This document shows, one piece after another, positions 61,663-64,000 of a stretch of DNA of 64,000 nucleotides. The notes under the pieces are model-generated. The model was not told the DNA's origin, ran no database searches, and worked only from the letters and a program-made list of their open reading frames with translations. The stretch is from the human T2T-CHM13v2.0 reference genome, Homo sapiens. Each line of letters opens with the position of its first letter. Within the stretch, counting starts at the first letter, position 1. The position numbers and the translations under genes are program-made. The DNA is taken from the NCBI RefSeq assembly GCF_009914755.1, contig NC_060932.1; one strand, written 5' to 3'.

Positions 61663-62061
61663 TCTAATCCAAGGGAATTACAACATTAATCTTTCCACCC
61701 TCATCCCAAGTTCAATGAACTGCATCAACTTTGTAAGTGACGTCACGTTAGGATGGACAGACGCCAAAAAAAGAGATAACATCAAGGTGCAGGCAGACAA
61801 CGAGGGAGTCAAATAAGCAGAGTACACAATGTGCTAGTCAGCTTTCACTAGATTAGTTGTGGCAGTAGCAAATCACCTTCAAATGTTAGTGGCTTAAAGT
61901 GAAGGTTTATTTCTTGCTCAGATGTTGTGGCTGCTTGAGGGCCAACTGTGGCTCTGCTCCAGGTGTGGGTAGGCTGAAGAAGATTCCCCCGGCATCTCCT
62001 TCATTCTGGAATCTATCTGAAGGGGCAGCACCACACTAGACACCTGATATACATGACGTCT

Positions 62062-62215
62062 CTTTTGTGTTTTTAGAGACAGGGTCTCACTCTGTCACCC
62101 AGGCTGGAATGCAGTGGCACGATCATAGTTCACTGCAGCCTTGAACTCCAGGACTCAAGGGATCCTCCCTCCTCAGCCTCCTGAGTAGCTGGGACTATAG
62201 GCACACCACAGGGCC
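62062..62215 (-). mobile_element. AluJ right arm / FRAM
   Basis: gagacagggtctcactctgtcacccagg...gggactatagg. Confidence 0.85.
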
Positions 62216-62568
62216 TGTCTTTGTCTATTTTAATAATATAATTGTTAATGTTGATATATTTTCATTTTGGTTACATATATATTACTTTCTTGGCTATATA
62301 AAAGTTTATGCATAACAATTATTCATTTATCAATTTTTTACTATTATAGTGTTGCAACAATCAACCTTCTACACATTTCTTTACATTCTTTTCTGATTAT
62401 TCGTTTATGAAAATCTCCTAGAGGAGACAACATTGAGATCAAAGGAAATGCATATTCAATACTCTTGATACACGTTGCTGAGCTGTCCTCCAGAGAGGCT
62501 GTCCCAGGAGTGGACAGGGACTGTGTTTTCAGTCATGTCTGAATCTCAAGCCAAATCATCGTTCTTAG

Positions 62569-62884
<316 letters not shown>

Positions 62885-63906
62885 TATATTTTAGACCCCT
62901 AATCAACTGAATGAATGGAAGGAAGAAGGAAGCTGAAAGAAAATGACTTTTCTGAGGAAGCTGTATGATTTAAGGAAAGGCAGATCACTGGAGAAGTGTA
63001 AAACACGCTTAGAAAATGAGAGCTAGGCCCGTTCAGCAGATTGTATCACATGAAGGAAGGCTGAGGAGAATGAAGTATAAGAGATCAGGGCTTCTCAAAC
63101 TGGGGTGGGCATGCACAACACTGGTATCCCGCTAAAACTCTGGTTCTGATCCAGCAGGTCTGGGGTGGGGCCTGACAGTCTGCATTTCTAACAAGATCCC
63201 AGGTGATGGTGATGCTGCTGGTCCATGAACTTCACTGCAAATCATAAGAAAGTAGATGATTACACTGGAGAGGCAGATTCTCTCTAAAAAGTTTCCAATG
63301 TCAGGCTCAAGAGTTTAGAGTATATTTAGTTGGTAGTCAATTTAAGGAAAGGGGTGTGATGAAGGTTTCTGAGCAAGGGAGACCTAATCACCTTAAAAGA
63401 ATCAGATTAATAAAAATCTTTATATACATTACCAACCGAGTCTTGCTTAGAGGACCACTTATTTTGTTTTGTTTTTGTCACTTTAATATTTTCTCAGTTT
63501 TGGTTAATATAGCACACAACCTTGAGGCTATTTTAGCAAAGTTTCAGTGCTTTACATATATCCCTCTCTAGCTTAAAAATGATTGTTAATAACAGAAGGG
63601 ACAATTAACAAAGGATCCATGGTTTGGCTTTTCCTGGCCTCCCTACCCCTAATCTCCTCTGACCTCATCAGCTGAGGCCACACCCCAAGGCTCCTGGGTG
63701 TTGCTTTCTCACTGTTTCTGGTGGCAACCAGGACTCCAGTTGGGGATCCTGTTTATAAAAATAACATAGGGATAACCAAGAGTTACATGCCCCCATCACT
63801 TCTCCTCTCCCAAGATGAAATCTTAACTACTTATTCAGTAAGCAGTGACTGCCAATTCTTGGGGCATCTATCACCTCAACACACCTGGATTTAAGAGTAA
63901 ACAATC

Positions 63907-64000
63907 GGCTGGGCATGGTGGCTTTCACCTCTAATTCCAACACTCTGGGAGGCCAAGGTGGGCGGATCACAAGGTCAAAGAGATTGAGACCATCCTGGCC
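63907..64000 (+). mobile_element. Alu (AluSc-like), runs off window end
   Basis: ggctgggcatggtggct...gagattgagaccatcctggcc. Confidence 0.88.

Overview
This is human genomic DNA: it is Alu/L1/MER-dense and carries an L1HS-Ta insertion. The window appears to lie entirely inside the large gene PSD3 (EFA6R, an ARF6 GEF), which is transcribed on the minus strand. The only coding sequence I can support is one 109-bp exon (42834-42942, AETFVWVNNASAHSQSVAKAKYEFLFGRSEGKAPDT+1 nt), which matches my recollection of the PSD3 N-terminus and has canonical AG/GT ends. The rest is intronic and more than half of it is recognisable transposon: about 30 Alus, old and young L1s, a near-full-length Tigger2, Tigger3/4, MER21/MST/THE1/MLT/LTR47 LTRs, hAT-Charlie MITEs, L2 and MIR. 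Nearly all ORFs in the supplied track are repeat-derived or chance. I found no evidence of a new multi-gene biological system. The most noteworthy items are: a very young L1HS Ta-1 insertion with TSD; an L1PA2-like insertion with no TSD and a composite tail; an internally inverted MST provirus remnant; a 27-bp periodic array; a 65-bp VNTR; a near-consensus CTCF site; an Alu orientation switch centred near the exon; and an A27(TA)29 tract. Repeat subfamily names come from remembered consensus sequences and need RepeatMasker/Dfam confirmation. Boundaries of old repeats are approximate.
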